A stretch of DNA of 38,312 nt from Octopus bimaculoides (GCF_001194135.2 NC_068981.1:68502661-68540972), one strand, 5' to 3'. Shown: positions 1 to 13,881, numbered from the stretch's first letter. Notes: generated by a model from the letters alone, not told the origin. A program made the numbers and translations.

Positions 1-109
1 ATATATAAATAAATATATATATAAATAAATAAAATCATATATAAATATGAGAGCAGCTGCATCAAACTCTCTCACGCACCAAATGTCAATTCCTGAAGTA
101 AAATTCGTG

Positions 110-200
110 AAGTAAAATGGTGTAGCAACACTAAATGGCGGTGCCCCAGCATGGCCACAGCTCATGAGCTGTAACTGGATAAAATGAAAAAAAAATGAAA
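110..200 (+). mobile_element. 3' end fragment of a SINE/LINE-derived repeat
   Basis: GGCGGTGCCCCAGCATGGCCACAGCT followed by an A-rich tail. A related motif (CCAGCATGGCTGCA plus an AAAAGAT-type tail) lies on the minus strand at ~18530-18645. Confidence 0.5.
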
Positions 201-264
201 CAAAAAAAAAATATATATATGTATATAATTTAGAGATAAACCGCGTATTAAAAAAAAATGAACA

Positions 265-2980
265 ATGAAAAATGTCATTCCAGACATCTAGAGAACATAT
301 ATACCACAAAATCCCTATTCCAGAAATCAATCCAGTATCCAGGAGCACATGTTGCGAGCCAAGTCAACGTTGGTGTTTACGTGGGAATTTCAGCTCAGAT
401 TGTTATCAAACAGTTACTCCAACGTCTCTGGTGGTGTTGCATGACACTAGGGAGTGACCCGAATGAAGAGCATATGGTTATTTCAGAATATCCTCTTTTC
501 CAATGTGGATCAAATCAAACTTATCTTATTTAGAAGCATATTTTTTTTCTGCAATAGCAAACAGATCAGACTGAAGGCATGTTTTGTCTCCCTTACCGAT
601 TATGGCTTTTGGAGTTTGGAATCATCTCCAAAGAGTTCCTATGTAGAAAGTTTGATGATGTCATTGATTTAAATAATGAAGGAGTGGGCCCAGCATTGTA
701 CCTTGTGGGACAATACAACTGACTTTGGCTGAGCTGGATCATATTCCCTGAAGCACAATATTTTGGGTTCTGTTTGTCAGGACACACTTTATCAACTGCA
801 GCAGCTTACCACGGACTCCAATGCTGGACAGTTTTTTCAGCAGGATTTTGTGGTCCACTCTGCCAAATGCCTTCCTGAAATCGAGGTATATAACGTTAGT
901 GCTGGAGCCTTCTCCCAACACTTTTAAGATGTCATGAAAATAGTATAGAAGCTGCGACAGGCAGTCCCTCCCTTCACGCAAACCATGCTGGTTGGGACGC
1001 AGCAGATTCTTGTCTTCGAGTAATTGAGTTATTCGTGACCTCACCACCCTCTCAAATACTTTAATGATATGAATGGTGATTAAAATCGGACGGTTGTTTC
1101 CATTTTTGAAGACTGGAACGACAGACTGAGAATGAAAATGATAAGCAATGTAGCCTGCATCAAGTGAGTTTCTCTAGAGCTCAGCAAGAGGAGGTGCAAT
1201 TATATGTCGACACATCTGCAGGACAGTGGCCGGAACTTATGTTAGGATATCAGGAACACGAAAAGTTATGTCAGATATATTTAGTTCAGGGTTCACATCA
1301 CTGATACTATCCAGATCAACCGCATTAGCGTTACTGAAAACAGAGCAGCAATGTCTCTGCAGTATCTCGCACATGGCTTTTGCATATGGAGTGTTGTTCT
1401 CATCAACCACGGGACCAACAATGGAAACAGCGTATTTATGTCATTTTGCAAATGAAAAGAATACTTTGCGATTGATTTTTATTTTCTCAATGGCCCACTT
1501 TCTCCTCAGTTGCTCTTTGTTTATTAATGACGGTCATCATGCTTTTTTGCAGGCTGTGCTTTTCCGATTGGAATGATGCAATGACAGTCGAACGGGTGCG
1601 TTGCTGCTCGTAGTATTTAAGTTGGTTGATTTTCTTGTTAATTCTTTTCATTTTTCTGATCATTGCTCTTCTATTTCTAGGGATTCTGCACGTAGATTTT
1701 ATATACTGATCTTAATGTAGTATGTTTTGCGTATATATTTGTTACAGTATCTAATAATGTCTGCCTGGATGTGTTTAAGTTGGTGAGGGTGTGTGCATGC
1801 GAGAAAGTCTAATGAACTTGATTGACCGCATCCCAGTTTGCGTTATGGAGTTCTATAGTGTTAAATGGATGGGCTGGAGAGATGTCATTGGGTTTGATGT
1901 TTGGATGGTAGAATTTCAAAGCGCAGAGAAACATGTCATGGTCTGAAAGTAGCGGTGTTTTTTCCACTGCAATATTGGGGACAGTGTCAGAATGGTTACT
2001 GAACATAAGGTCCAAACTGTTTTTGTGACATCCTGTTGTTTCGAGAACAAGTTGGATCAGGAAGCACTCATCAATGAAATCAAAAAAAAAGAACACTTCG
2101 ATTGCTTCTTTATCAGGGATTGAAGTGAAGAAACCTGATTTCAAGCGGTTTGTAGACCACTCAATACTGGAAAGGTGGACGTTCCCCATCATTAATATGC
2201 TGTCAGCATTAAATTGATGGATGAAACACTTAACAATCCTGGGGCATTCCCTGAAGCGTAGAAAAAAAGTTAGGGTGGCCTATAGAGCCCAACTACTATT
2301 AAATTGATGGTTTTACTATTCTTATAAACTGCTTCACATTAACGGGTGGTAAATACGTCCATTGATTCAGTCGAAAAAGAATCGTGCACGAAAATGGTGG
2401 TCCCACCCTTTCTTCTACCGACATAATCTGCAAGGATGGCTGCTAAATCATTCACTCTCGCAAACGCTTCCAAGTGGAGGCTATTGAGATGGGTCTCTGC
2501 GAGGACGAAGAAAGAAATATGATGTGAATGGTCATTAACTCAGTCCTCAATGAAGTGGATCTTCCATTTTTGAGCATTGGTGGAAGGGATGATGACTCGA
2601 GCATTGAGCAAAAATGTTGAGGCGATAGTGGTGACTGATTTTAACTGTTTAGGTGATTTGCATGTTAATGGCAGCAATGGGAGTTTGTGCAATAAGGCGA
2701 TGGTGGAGGGTAGCATTGTGTGATGGCTTTATGTTCTTGTGTCTCTCTTTTTGCCAGATTCATTATGGCTAAAAATGAGTTCTATTTGGAGAACTGAAAA
2801 TGTTTCTGGTTGTGGGATTTGTATTGGTTTGAGGTCCGTTTATATTTTTATTTGGGCGATTTTTCATTTGGGCGATTCTGTGTAGCAATGAATGTTTTTT
2901 TTTAAATTTATGTAGTATTTGTTGAAGGTGGTTGTGCTGGTGGTAGTTGTGGCGTTGTTTTAGATTGTGCATTTTGGTGG

Positions 2981-2990
<10 letters not shown>
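265..2990 (-). mobile_element. Degenerate CR1/L2-type LINE with APE endonuclease and reverse transcriptase remnants; many stops and frameshifts; 3' part of ORF2 missing
   Basis: Minus-strand motifs in the expected order. APE: LLNAR, FVLAETHL, RRKGGT, VGLYRPP, ILMMGNVHL..IEW, LDLMF, SDH. RT: NQHGLREGRDCLSQLL, YLDFRKAFGRVDH, PQGTMLGP, FGDDSKL, RDVGVTV. Membership of 2630-2990 is less certain. Confidence 0.9.
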
Positions 2991-3011
<21 letters not shown>

Positions 3012-3700
3012 NNNNNNNNNNNNNNNNNNNNNNNNNNNNNNNNNNNNNNNNNNNNNNNNNNNNNNNNNNNNNNNNNNNNNNNNNNNNNNNNNNNNNNNNN
3101 NNNNNNNNNNNNNNNNNNNNNNNNNNNNNNNNNNNNNNNNNNNNNNNNNNNNNNNNNNNNNNNNNNNNNNNNNNNNNNNNNNNNNNNNNNNNNNNNNNNN
3201 NNNNNNNNNNNNNNNNNNNNNNNNNNNNNNNNNNNNNNNNNNNNNNNNNNNNNNNNNNNNNNNNNNNNNNNNNNNNNNNNNNNNNNNNNNNNNNNNNNNN
3301 NNNNNNNNNNNNNNNNNNNNNNNNNNNNNNNNNNNNNNNNNNNNNNNNNNNNNNNNNNNNNNNNNNNNNNNNNNNNNNNNNNNNNNNNNNNNNNNNNNNN
3401 NNNNNNNNNNNNNNNNNNNNNNNNNNNNNNNNNNNNNNNNNNNNNNNNNNNNNNNNNNNNNNNNNNNNNNNNNNNNNNNNNNNNNNNNNNNNNNNNNNNN
3501 NNNNNNNNNNNNNNNNNNNNNNNNNNNNNNNNNNNNNNNNNNNNNNNNNNNNNNNNNNNNNNNNNNNNNNNNNNNNNNNNNNNNNNNNNNNNNNNNNNNN
3601 NNNNNNNNNNNNNNNNNNNNNNNNNNNNNNNNNNNNNNNNNNNNNNNNNNNNNNNNNNNNNNNNNNNNNNNNNNNNNNNNNNNNNNNNNNNNNNNNNNNN
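3012..3700. other. Assembly gap. Others: 4846-4936, 7353-7809, 18651-18660, 20404-20868, 24661-24927, 28180-28610, 29488-29497, 32396-32619, 35747-35889
   Basis: N runs, mostly flanked by microsatellites. Confidence 1.
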
Positions 3701-4297
3701 ATATATATACATACAGAGAGAGAGGGAGAGAAAGAGGGAGAGAGAGAGAGGGAGAGAGGGAGAGAGGGAGAGAGAGAGTGTGTGTACAATACTGTGACAT
3801 TTCATACTTCAGCAAAATCATTGTTTATACGACCCTTTGTTATATACCACCCAATAAGCAGGACGAAAAATGTATGCTCACGTTTACTGCAAAATATTTG
3901 TTGCATGACTATATTACGTAACAATATTATTGCCTGCATTGAGGTTTCTACAAAAAGTGATAGAACTGCTTTGAGAAATAGCACGATCTCATGATTGTAG
4001 TTTAACATATCGTTGTTTTACATTATTTGTGTGTGTTGGAGATATCTACTGTAGTGACGTTTGTATTTACTGAGGATGCTCGGAAGTATTTCTAGAAGCG
4101 TAAAAAAATGCCGATAGGCATACTCTGGTTACCGAAAAATATGCAACGCACATTAAGTCGAATAAGAAGACATAGAATCTTAAATATCAAATTTATTGCT
4201 GTAAAATGACATACCTATATATAAATATATATACACACGTATATGCATATTTATATATTTGTATACAGATATTAATAATAGGAATATATATCTACAA

Positions 4298-4375
<78 letters not shown>

Positions 4376-5032
4376 AATATAATCATATCCATATATATAC
4401 ATGCGTATTTATTTACATACTTCCTTGGGTGTGGGTGTTGGTGTGTATGAGTGTGTAGGTAAGTATGTGTGTGTGAATGCATGTATACACAGAAATAATA
4501 ATGATGATGATGATGATGATGATAAGAAGAAGTGAGGATAATATTTATAAATCGCTTACGCATTTCTTCCACTTTACCAAAATATATTTTAAGTGTATCA
4601 TCAAAAAGAAAAAAAAAGAAAAAAAAGAAAAAAAAGAAAACATACACATGCGTAAAAAGAAATAAGCTGAAAAGATGCACTTTCCATATAGACATTATTT
4701 TTTATGCATGTGTATTAAGGGAAGTTGACAAGCTTGAAGTAAAATTTGTATTTATATGTTTCTGTTTTTCACAAGAGCCTTCCTTTAAATCTTTAAAAAT
4801 TATGGATGACAATTATATACATTTTAATATATATACAGATATATANNNNNNNNNNNNNNNNNNNNNNNNNNNNNNNNNNNNNNNNNNNNNNNNNNNNNNN
4901 NNNNNNNNNNNNNNNNNNNNNNNNNNNNNNNNNNNNTATATATATCAATTATACATATACGTACATGTATACATATATATATATATATTATGTATATGTA
5001 TGTATTTAGGTATACACATGTATATATGTTAT

Positions 5033-5075
<43 letters not shown>

Positions 5076-5143
5076 ACAGACAGACATTATTTTCAGTTAA
5101 GAACGTAGTAGAGTATAGTATTAAGTTTTTCCACCTTCAGATT

Positions 5144-5200
5144 TTACCCCTGCTCTCCATTAGTAGTATTATACATACTTCCAGATTTGCGTTTGTGTTT
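5144..5200 (-). CDS. Candidate terminal coding exon of gene A (KHKRKSGSMYNTTNGEQG* if phase 0)
   Basis: Acceptor ...gtattcacacacttcag. Acceptor and downstream sequence are conserved with the paralog at 27694-27741. Reading phase is not proven. Confidence 0.45.
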   Translation of the reverse strand, partial: KHKRKSGSMYNTTNGEQG

Positions 5201-5346
5201 CTGAAGTGTGTGAATACATAATTGGAAAAGTTGGAATCAACAACTATTACGGTTGATCATTGATACTCCTTCTTGATTCCAACTTTCTCAATTATCTATA
5301 AGCTTTTCGTCTACTTGTTAGACGGAAACTAAAAGTGCCCAGCGTT

Positions 5347-5395
<49 letters not shown>

Positions 5396-8300
5396 CTATG
5401 TGTGTGTATATGTGTGTGTAATGTTGTGGGAGTGTATATCTTTGTGTGTGCGTGCGTGTGTGTGTTTGTTTGCGTGAGCATGTGTGCGCGTGCGTGTTGT
5501 CGAATTTAATTCCCCGTAATTCAGCAGTTTGGCAAAAGAGGTGGATAGAATAAGTACAAGGCTTTTTTTTTTTAATGCGATTCATTCGACTAAAGTGAAT
5601 AAATAAAAGTAAAAGAATGTTAATAATTGAAATAAGAAGGCGTATAACATTGATATGAGAAGCGCGAATCATCTAGTTGTTCTAGAATATAGAATATACT
5701 TATATTATTCTCGAATAAATGTTGAATAAATTACAAACACTAGGAATATAATAAAAAAAGTTAGAAATATAATTGTTTTAATACTACATTAGAGAGTATT
5801 GAGTACATAAATGTTTAAAAAATAGAATGTCAATATCAAATTTACGATATAGGAATTTGTAGGGGCCGGTGCAAACTTAGTAACATAACTGCACGATAAA
5901 AGGAAAAGTGGGCTTCTCTCACCAAGATATCCCACGAAGAAAAAGTAAGCTTTCAGAAATAAGTTGGAAATTAAGAATCAAAATGAAATGCTACAATGCT
6001 GGTCAAAATGTGAAAAGCCCAGTGAGTGAATATATTTGGAAATATAATCATGTTCTGGTTAGATGGGTAAAATTAAAACCTGAGATTGAACAATAATTTT
6101 ATCGGGGCAGAAAATTAGAACGTTCCAAATAGAAAATATTAAAATCAACTAGGTTAGCAAAATATACTAACTGCAGAATATCCTTTTGGAAAGAGACATT
6201 TGACGCATTGTATCTTGCTACCTGCTTTTTCGAATAATGATCTTTTATACATACTTTAAATAAGTAGATATTCAATATGTTGAGCCATGTCAGAATTTTC
6301 GTGAAGCTAGAATATATGAATTAGGACCAATTATGAAACGCTCAGCTCGATTCGAAATCATGACGTTTCATATTCGAGCTCAGTCGTAGACTCTATAAAA
6401 AGTGTTGTGGTTGTTGTTGTAGTTCCAGCTACAACAACAACAACAACAACAACTACTACTACTACTACTAATAATAATAATAATAATAATACTAACAATA
6501 ATAGCTATGCGAAGAGTCTCGTAACAATAATAATAATAATGAGCGACTAAATCCATGTATGCAAACATTGTTAACTTTATTCAGCATCGTCATCGCCGTA
6601 AGCTGAAGCCTTTATAAAAGAATTAAGTTGGTAATTGTTGAAGAAAGTGTGGAAGTTGTATTTAATGATAGGAGACAGGAGTGCTGAAGAAAATAAAAGG
6701 AAAATACGGCAAAATTCGGTCTGTCTCTACTTCAAGAACTGAAACATGCAACTGTTCGCGAAATTATAAGTTTTGTTTGGTATTAATTCATGTTGTGGGT
6801 CCATTTTCCTTAATTAAACGATTACTGTTTCAATTTAATTTAGAAATCCGAAAAACAAGGCGTCGCTATATTCTCATGCTAATTACTACTGTCTTCTATA
6901 CAGTTCATCTGACATCTAACACGGCTATCATATAATTATAGCCATCTCAACTGTGATGGTAGAGTAATCACAGATTTGAACATTATAATTATGATAACCA
7001 GAATATTGCTTTCTTCTAAATTCAAGGCACGTTAGTATGAGTTTTTACTTGTCAATGTCGTATTATTGTTCAACTAAATTAATAAAATATCGTTAATAGA
7101 CGCTGCATCCGTAGCTATAGCCTTTCCAAGTTGTAGCTAATTAAAACTCAAGGAAGCAACGCTGAGACATACGTCGAGTGTTTGGAAGAGATACGAAGAT
7201 CAATTATTTTTTTTTTTATTCCCAATATGTTATGGAATGAGATATATGATACAGAAAGAAGTAAAGCAATCTAGATGCTTAATTCTGTTTGAAAGATATT
7301 GAAAGCTTGATGAATTTATAAATACATGCATGCATATATATATATATATATANNNNNNNNNNNNNNNNNNNNNNNNNNNNNNNNNNNNNNNNNNNNNNNN
7401 NNNNNNNNNNNNNNNNNNNNNNNNNNNNNNNNNNNNNNNNNNNNNNNNNNNNNNNNNNNNNNNNNNNNNNNNNNNNNNNNNNNNNNNNNNNNNNNNNNNN
7501 NNNNNNNNNNNNNNNNNNNNNNNNNNNNNNNNNNNNNNNNNNNNNNNNNNNNNNNNNNNNNNNNNNNNNNNNNNNNNNNNNNNNNNNNNNNNNNNNNNNN
7601 NNNNNNNNNNNNNNNNNNNNNNNNNNNNNNNNNNNNNNNNNNNNNNNNNNNNNNNNNNNNNNNNNNNNNNNNNNNNNNNNNNNNNNNNNNNNNNNNNNNN
7701 NNNNNNNNNNNNNNNNNNNNNNNNNNNNNNNNNNNNNNNNNNNNNNNNNNNNNNNNNNNNNNNNNNNNNNNNNNNNNNNNNNNNNNNNNNNNNNNNNNNN
7801 NNNNNNNNNGACAGCACTTGCTAAACGAAAGCAGCAGAAATAATAGGTCAACTTCGAAGTGAAAAGTGAAAAGAGCACTCGCGTTCTGGTGATTCCAAAA
7901 TAGCAGGACTAACATTTCTCTAAAGAACTTGCATGTGTAAAAAAAATAATAAATGAGAAACGTTCAGTATAACTAAAAGCGCCATGCTTCCCAAAGTCCT
8001 GAAGACAATATTGATATGAATCGGAGCCTCTTTTGAACTAGTTAGCGTTACTTCACTTCGAAGACTACGCATTTCTTATCTAAAAGCAGGAGATTTCTAT
8101 TAAAAAAAACAAAAAAACAAAGAGTGTGTGAAACCCTTGGAGTTTTAAAATGCAACTGAAAATGTTGTTTATGACATATTTCTATAAAAGATATCACACG
8201 TGTGATTAGCTACAGCGCAAAATGTCGTCAAGCTGCTATCGTTTCTGTGATTTACACACCATTCACAGTTTAAAAAGTCAAGCTTATGCAAGAAAGCAGA

Positions 8301-8398
8301 AAATATATGACTTTCAAAATTGGCAACGCAGTTGTAGGGCAGCGGCATAGTTCTTGTTATATTATGTGTTTTAATATGAAGAAGAAATTATTACATAC

Positions 8399-8427
8399 CT
8401 TTTGCGGAATTTTACTCTGATTCATAT
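8399..8427 (-). CDS. Candidate 29-nt internal exon (x-MNQSKIPQK, phase 1 to 0)
   Basis: ctattaacag / AAG|gtatgt. Only one frame is open, and it ends in phase 0, which fits the 5200 exon. Confidence 0.35.
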
Positions 8428-9780
8428 CTGTTAATAGTTTGAAAGTGTCTTACCTGTATAAAAATAAATGTAAAAATCATTTAGAATGAGCCACATGCAT
8501 TTATATGTAAGTATAAGTATACACGGACGCGCGCAAGCACACACACACGTATACGCGCTCACATTCAGACTATATTATATATTATTGCTGTTGCTCCTGT
8601 TGTTATGTGCTGGATGTTCGCCCCTGGTTGAAAAATGATAGCTGCTTTTGGTAGGAAGAGGTTGGAGATTTAAATGACGGCCTCTGCTTCACTGCGTACA
8701 TAGACTACGCTATTTGTGGGCCCTCAAGTATCTCTCACTAAGGGAAAAAATATCAGTTTATCGCAAATTATACTCCAGATCACGACAATAACAAAAATCC
8801 CAACCAGTGAAATCTTTGAATTTCTTGAAAGGGATATAATGCAGTTGAAGTGCGAATTATTCTCAGCTCAACTCAGGCAGCAATAGCTTATCTATGCACT
8901 AGCTGTGGAGGACAAACTGGGAAAGTTTAGAAGAATGGCATCAACAATGACAAAATAGAAGTAAAGAAAAACGAGAAATATCAACAATTACAACATATGT
9001 AACAAAAAAGCTGGAAGCATGACAACAATAATAATATTTGAATGAACAAGGATGTGTCAAACAAAGAATGTCACAGAGAAGGCATCATTGGTACAGACAC
9101 CACCACTACAAAACCACCGCAAGAATAAAGGATATCAAGAATAAAGGTAGTAACGACGACGAATGTAACACAATTAGCAACAGCAGTAACACAACAAATG
9201 TAATGGCAAAAACCAATGACATACGCAGGACGCAGACCAATAGCATGAAACACAGTGGTTATAGCAAGGATTCCTATTCTGGAATAGTCTCCTAAAGGGA
9301 ATAATACAATGTTTCCTCAGAAGATAAATGGGCAGGATTATATCACGCTGCTCAGTTTAAGTACGAAACTCACTCTCTATCTAAACTACCTGCAACTGTT
9401 AGACATATGCTTATAAGTTTCTACGTGAACTTAAGATGTTGCCTCCGCACAGACGCTGAAGCTCATCTAGAAACTTCCTTCAGGGTATATGTGAAGATGT
9501 GCAATATATATGTAAGGCTAGGCGCTTTCTCTTGTGTCGAGGTAGAATACTTTTGTTTCCGTACAAAATGGTGCGAGAATGTAATATTTCCAATTTTCCT
9601 ATTATAGAATCAATGGAAAATTCACTTCTGTTAGATTGCCACGCCGGTAAAATTGCTTAGCGTCGCTTTGTCCGTCTTTATCTTTAGAGATAAAATTATG
9701 CCGAGTTTAAATTTGCATTTCACCCCAAAGTAGATAAAAGTAGTACCAGTTCAGCACTAGCGTTGATATAATCAACTTAC

Positions 9781-9808
9781 CCATAACACAAAATTGTTTG
9801 CATCCTAC
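9781..9808 (-). CDS. Candidate 28-nt exon (VGCKQFCVM-, phase 0 to 1)
   Basis: gtttgtttcaaatttag / TGG|gtaagt. Splice signals only. Confidence 0.2.
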
Positions 9809-10125
9809 CTAAATTTGAAACAAACATATATATGTCAAAGCATAATTACTCCTGATTTAAGGTTTGGTTAACGTTTCACTTCAGATTGCTTGCATCTCCG
9901 AGAAGCAAACTCAAAAAGTTCGTATTTTCTAGCGTCAGTTACTTTTCTGACTAACAAAATTGATATTTGTAAAGGCGCATCCTAGTTGAGTATATTGTTG
10001 TTTGAAAAGGTTTTTCAAATAATTTCTGACATATTTATATAGACTATAAAATTGTATTAATTAATTTTTCACAACTTATGTTGAATAAAATTATAATTTA
10101 CTGATCATTCTTTTGTTTTACCCAG

Positions 10126-10175
10126 ACAGAAACTTTTCAGTACAGCCTTGTACAAGTGAATATAAACATATTCAC
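10126..10175 (+). other. Candidate 50-nt exon on the plus strand
   Basis: cattcttttgttttacccag acceptor and CAC|gtaagt donor. Two frames are open (RNFSVQPCTSEYKHIH or TETFQYSLVQVNINIF). Confidence 0.25.
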
Positions 10176-12649
10176 GTAAGTACTTATCTATATATAATGT
10201 TGGCTCATTTTCGTCTAAGTATTATCTTCCTTTCAACCTCCTTTCAACAGTTACAACAGCGAAGGAACTTTACGTCATTTTCACTGAACTAAAATGTATA
10301 ATTTTAACGTTCATATTTGAATTCTTCGCGTTTCAATTTTTCTCTGTGCTTTTCTCATTCCCAAAGTTGATGGACATACTGCGGTACGTAAAACTGAATC
10401 AGAAAATCTCTAGTAAGAATTTTTATTTTGTTTTTTATTTATGTACCCGAAGAGACCCAGAACGGGTCGAAATATGTGTCGTACTAAATAAAATATTTTA
10501 CTCATTCCATCCATCTATTTTATTAATACTGTTATATATATATATATATATATATATATGAGGTAAACAAGGGTATATATAAAGAGTAAAGGTCTATCCA
10601 GAGTCATAAATTATATCGGAATTTTAGGTGGAAAGAAAAATTGTTAGTACGCACACATACGTGAAATGTTTTCCCCGAAATGCCAAGCTTTACATGTTAT
10701 GCGTGTCAGTATTTATGTATACGAGCAGATCATTTTTCTAGATTTCAGATTCCGATACAATTTTTATATACAAATTCTGAGATGTTTTTGTAGAAAATTT
10801 CTTGCAAATATATCTATTTTTCTGAAACATTTGTGGAAACAAATCAGACTCATGTGAATTTTCCGAAAATCCTCTTCCCATTCACGGAAAAAATATTTTC
10901 ACCACAAATATCGATCTATTCTAATTCTACTCCTTCTGAAGGGCATTTATTGAAAATTCTGTAAAAAAAACATCCATTTCTCTTGGAGTTATGAGGAGGT
11001 ACACATGTGTGGTAATGCCATGAAATGAAATATGTTTTCTTGGTACAAAGCCGGCGAAAAGAAAAAATAAAGTTTAAAATGTAGAATTGAAAGCAAACCG
11101 CTATAAGGTGAAATATTGCAAAGCAATATACTAGAATGTATATTTGATATTAAAAACAATGACGAATATTTGAATAATATTAACTGGAAAGAAGACAAGG
11201 AAACACAAGCAGTAACAGAAGATATTCTAACATGCAACATTTGCCCAAGTAGAAATTCAGATGAAAGGTTACATTTCTTACTGCATGGACATAAACTGTA
11301 ATTCGGTCATCGACCCGGACCATTATATCATTGCGCATGCCGAATCAGAAGTCCATAAATACTAGGTATTTCACCCTTATAAGACGGGAAAAAAGTTAAG
11401 CTAAATGACCTGCTAACAATAAACACTGTCACTTTTAATGCTAAATAAATAATTGGTTTGGGAATACGACAACATTTTATGAACAAACTTTGAAAGCATC
11501 GAATGTGTTTGGTATTTTTACAAACAAGAAAGTACATTTCGATCGCAAAACAGCAGAACTGTAACTGTCAAACCAATAGAATAGTAGCCGTCTGCTGGCA
11601 ACAATTTTTTTCCCGTTTTCTAAGGCTTAAAATATCGAATCTTGCTGCTGTTTTCACCTCCATACTGCGTTCAAAATTTAGTTTCTTGTCTGTAAAAGAG
11701 CAAACACATTTGCTGCTTCCAAAGTTTGTTTTTAATATACATATGTCTCTCATTCACTTAAGTTGTTTCTGCTTTTAAGAACCTGCACACAGAGGAGATT
11801 ACTTGTGCAATATATAGGTATATCGGAGCCACGAAAAGGATGTATATGTTTATTTCGGAAAAAAATTAGGTGGACATCGTTTACTAAAGGAGAAAAAGGC
11901 TAAGTTAATGAAATCAATATAATAATTCCTGTTACCTTGTCATCCACAATATAATATTACGCTTTGTACTTGACTAATTCTTTATCTTATAGCATATACG
12001 TATTGAGTTCTAAAAGCTATTTTTTTAGAATAGCTATGCCAGTGCAAAATCGTAGTACACACGTTCATATACAAACACACATGCATAAACACATAAATGC
12101 ACACTGATACACATATTTATTTTCACACACATATTTATATTCAGAGAGAGTGAGAGAGGAAGAACAGTAGAGATGCACATGAATGTACAAGTATCTGAAT
12201 ACACGTGATGGCATGCTTAGGAGCTTATTTACATGCATGTATGCATCATTAGTTTAGAAATTTTAGTCGAGTAAATAATTATATTTATTTACGTAGGAAG
12301 TAAAAAAGAAGAAAAAAAGAATTATCCATCGCAGGTGCACCTAGAATTGTTTCATCTTTGGTTAGCATTTCTAGATATATAACTTACACTAACAATGTAG
12401 TAATTGCAAAACTGTTAAGTGCAACAACAATATTTGCAAGAGGTATTATAATGAGGAAAGTTAGGTTATAGGTGGGGAAAGTAAGACAAGTGTACCATTG
12501 ATGTCATGATTATAATGCAGAATGTTAACCGAAATAACCTATCAGAGCAAAACATATTAAAGGATTCTCCGAGAATACCAAAAAATGTAATAAAGTATTA
12601 CATATCAATACAAATTTCAAATTATATGAATATTGAAAAGGGAAGAGAA

Positions 12650-12667
12650 TAATCTATCTATCAATGA

Positions 12668-12729
<62 letters not shown>

Positions 12730-12750
12730 CTATTTATCTATCTATCTACA
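12650..12750. repeat. (TATC)n microsatellite
   Basis: Direct inspection. Confidence 0.95.
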
Positions 12751-13136
12751 TGGATATTAATATAACTATATATGTATATGTGTATACATCTACTGATGTA
12801 TACCGGGCACAACTACACACACACGCGCGCGCGCAACATGTGTGTGTTTGTATGTATTATGCATGTGTTGAGGCATACATACGCACATATATACAGAAAC
12901 AGAGTCACACTCGCAGAATGATGAAGGGATTGTGAAACAGTTTGCATAGTCTCTGAAATTAATTCTGATTTTTGTGGAAGGAGAATCAGATTTTAGTGCA
13001 ACTCGGAAAAAGTCATGAGTTCAGAATACAGAAATGACAGAAATACTGGTAGTTACTAGACGTAAATAAAAAGAGTGGTGAACAAAAGGGATGTATGAGA
13101 GAGGTATAATCTTAATTAATATAATAAATTCAGAAG

Positions 13137-13325
13137 ATGGCCAGCTAGATGAATCATTAACACGACAACAAAGTGATACGTTCTGAGTTCAAATTCCTCC
13201 GAGGTACTTTAACTTTCAACCGTCAGGTTCAATGAAATAATTACCAGTTGGACACTGGAGTCCATGTAATCGACATACTCCTGCATCCAAAATTGCTAGT
13301 CTTGTGCCAGAATTTGAAACCAATT
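13137..13325 (+). mobile_element. tRNA-derived SINE (same family as the 26 kb array), degenerate
   Basis: ACGTTCTGAGTTCAAATTCC..GAGGT, then AAATAATTACCAG..CACTGG..GTAATCGAC, then a CTTGTGCC..AATTTGAAA tail. Confidence 0.75.
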
Positions 13326-13361
13326 TAATGCAATCAAAATGCTGCAGAATCTTTAATGTTC

Positions 13362-13452
13362 CAGGTCAAATGCTTAGGTGCGTTTAACCCATCCTTACGC
13401 TCTGAGTTGAAATTCTCCTGAGATCAATTTTGCGTTTTAGCCATTCGAGGAT
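13362..13452 (+). mobile_element. SINE fragment, same family
   Basis: CAAATGCTTAG..TTACGCTCTGAGTTGAAATTC..GAGATCAATTTTGC matches the family head and B-box region. Confidence 0.55.
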
Positions 13453-13574
13453 CCAGAGAAGAGATTCCAGCTGAACACTTGGGTCCATGAACACGAGTTA
13501 CCCACTCCCCCTAAAGTGCTGGTCTGGTGTCATAATTTAAAACCAATATAATACAACCGAAAATATAAGCGAGC

Positions 13575-13748
13575 AAACAGAGTCTTCAGCACACCGGGCA
13601 AACTGCTGAACTGCATTTCGTCCATTTATACGTTCTGAGATTAATGTCCACCGTGGTCGACTTTCAGGGTTGATAAAATAGGCACGAATTACAATCAACT
13701 TGACACCTATTCCGAAACTGCTGGCCTCGTGCCTAAATTTGAAATGAA
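13575..13748 (+). mobile_element. SINE, same family, internally deleted
   Basis: AGCACACCGGGCAAA..CATTTCGTCC..TACGTTCTGAG..GGTCGACTTT..GTTGATAAAATA..GGCCTCGTGCCTAAATTTGAAA. Confidence 0.65.
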
Positions 13749-13881
13749 TATAATACAATCGAATGAAAATAAAATTTAGTAAGTTTTGATAAATAAAATG
13801 TAATATATTTATGATTCTGTAAAAATAATGTCTATTTACATATGAATAATATATTTCTATACATAAATATAGGCATAGATA

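Noticed and set aside
5130-5215. Plus-strand exon reading of the duplicated segment (acceptor ccaccttcag)
   Set aside because: The 1-nt indel falls early in this reading, so the two paralogs are in different frames with early stops. The minus-strand model fits better.
5850-6300. Possible Penelope GIY-YIG remnant (SEYIWK, TLNK)
   Set aside because: Only two short motif echoes, no recognisable GIY-YIG core, and too degenerate to support.
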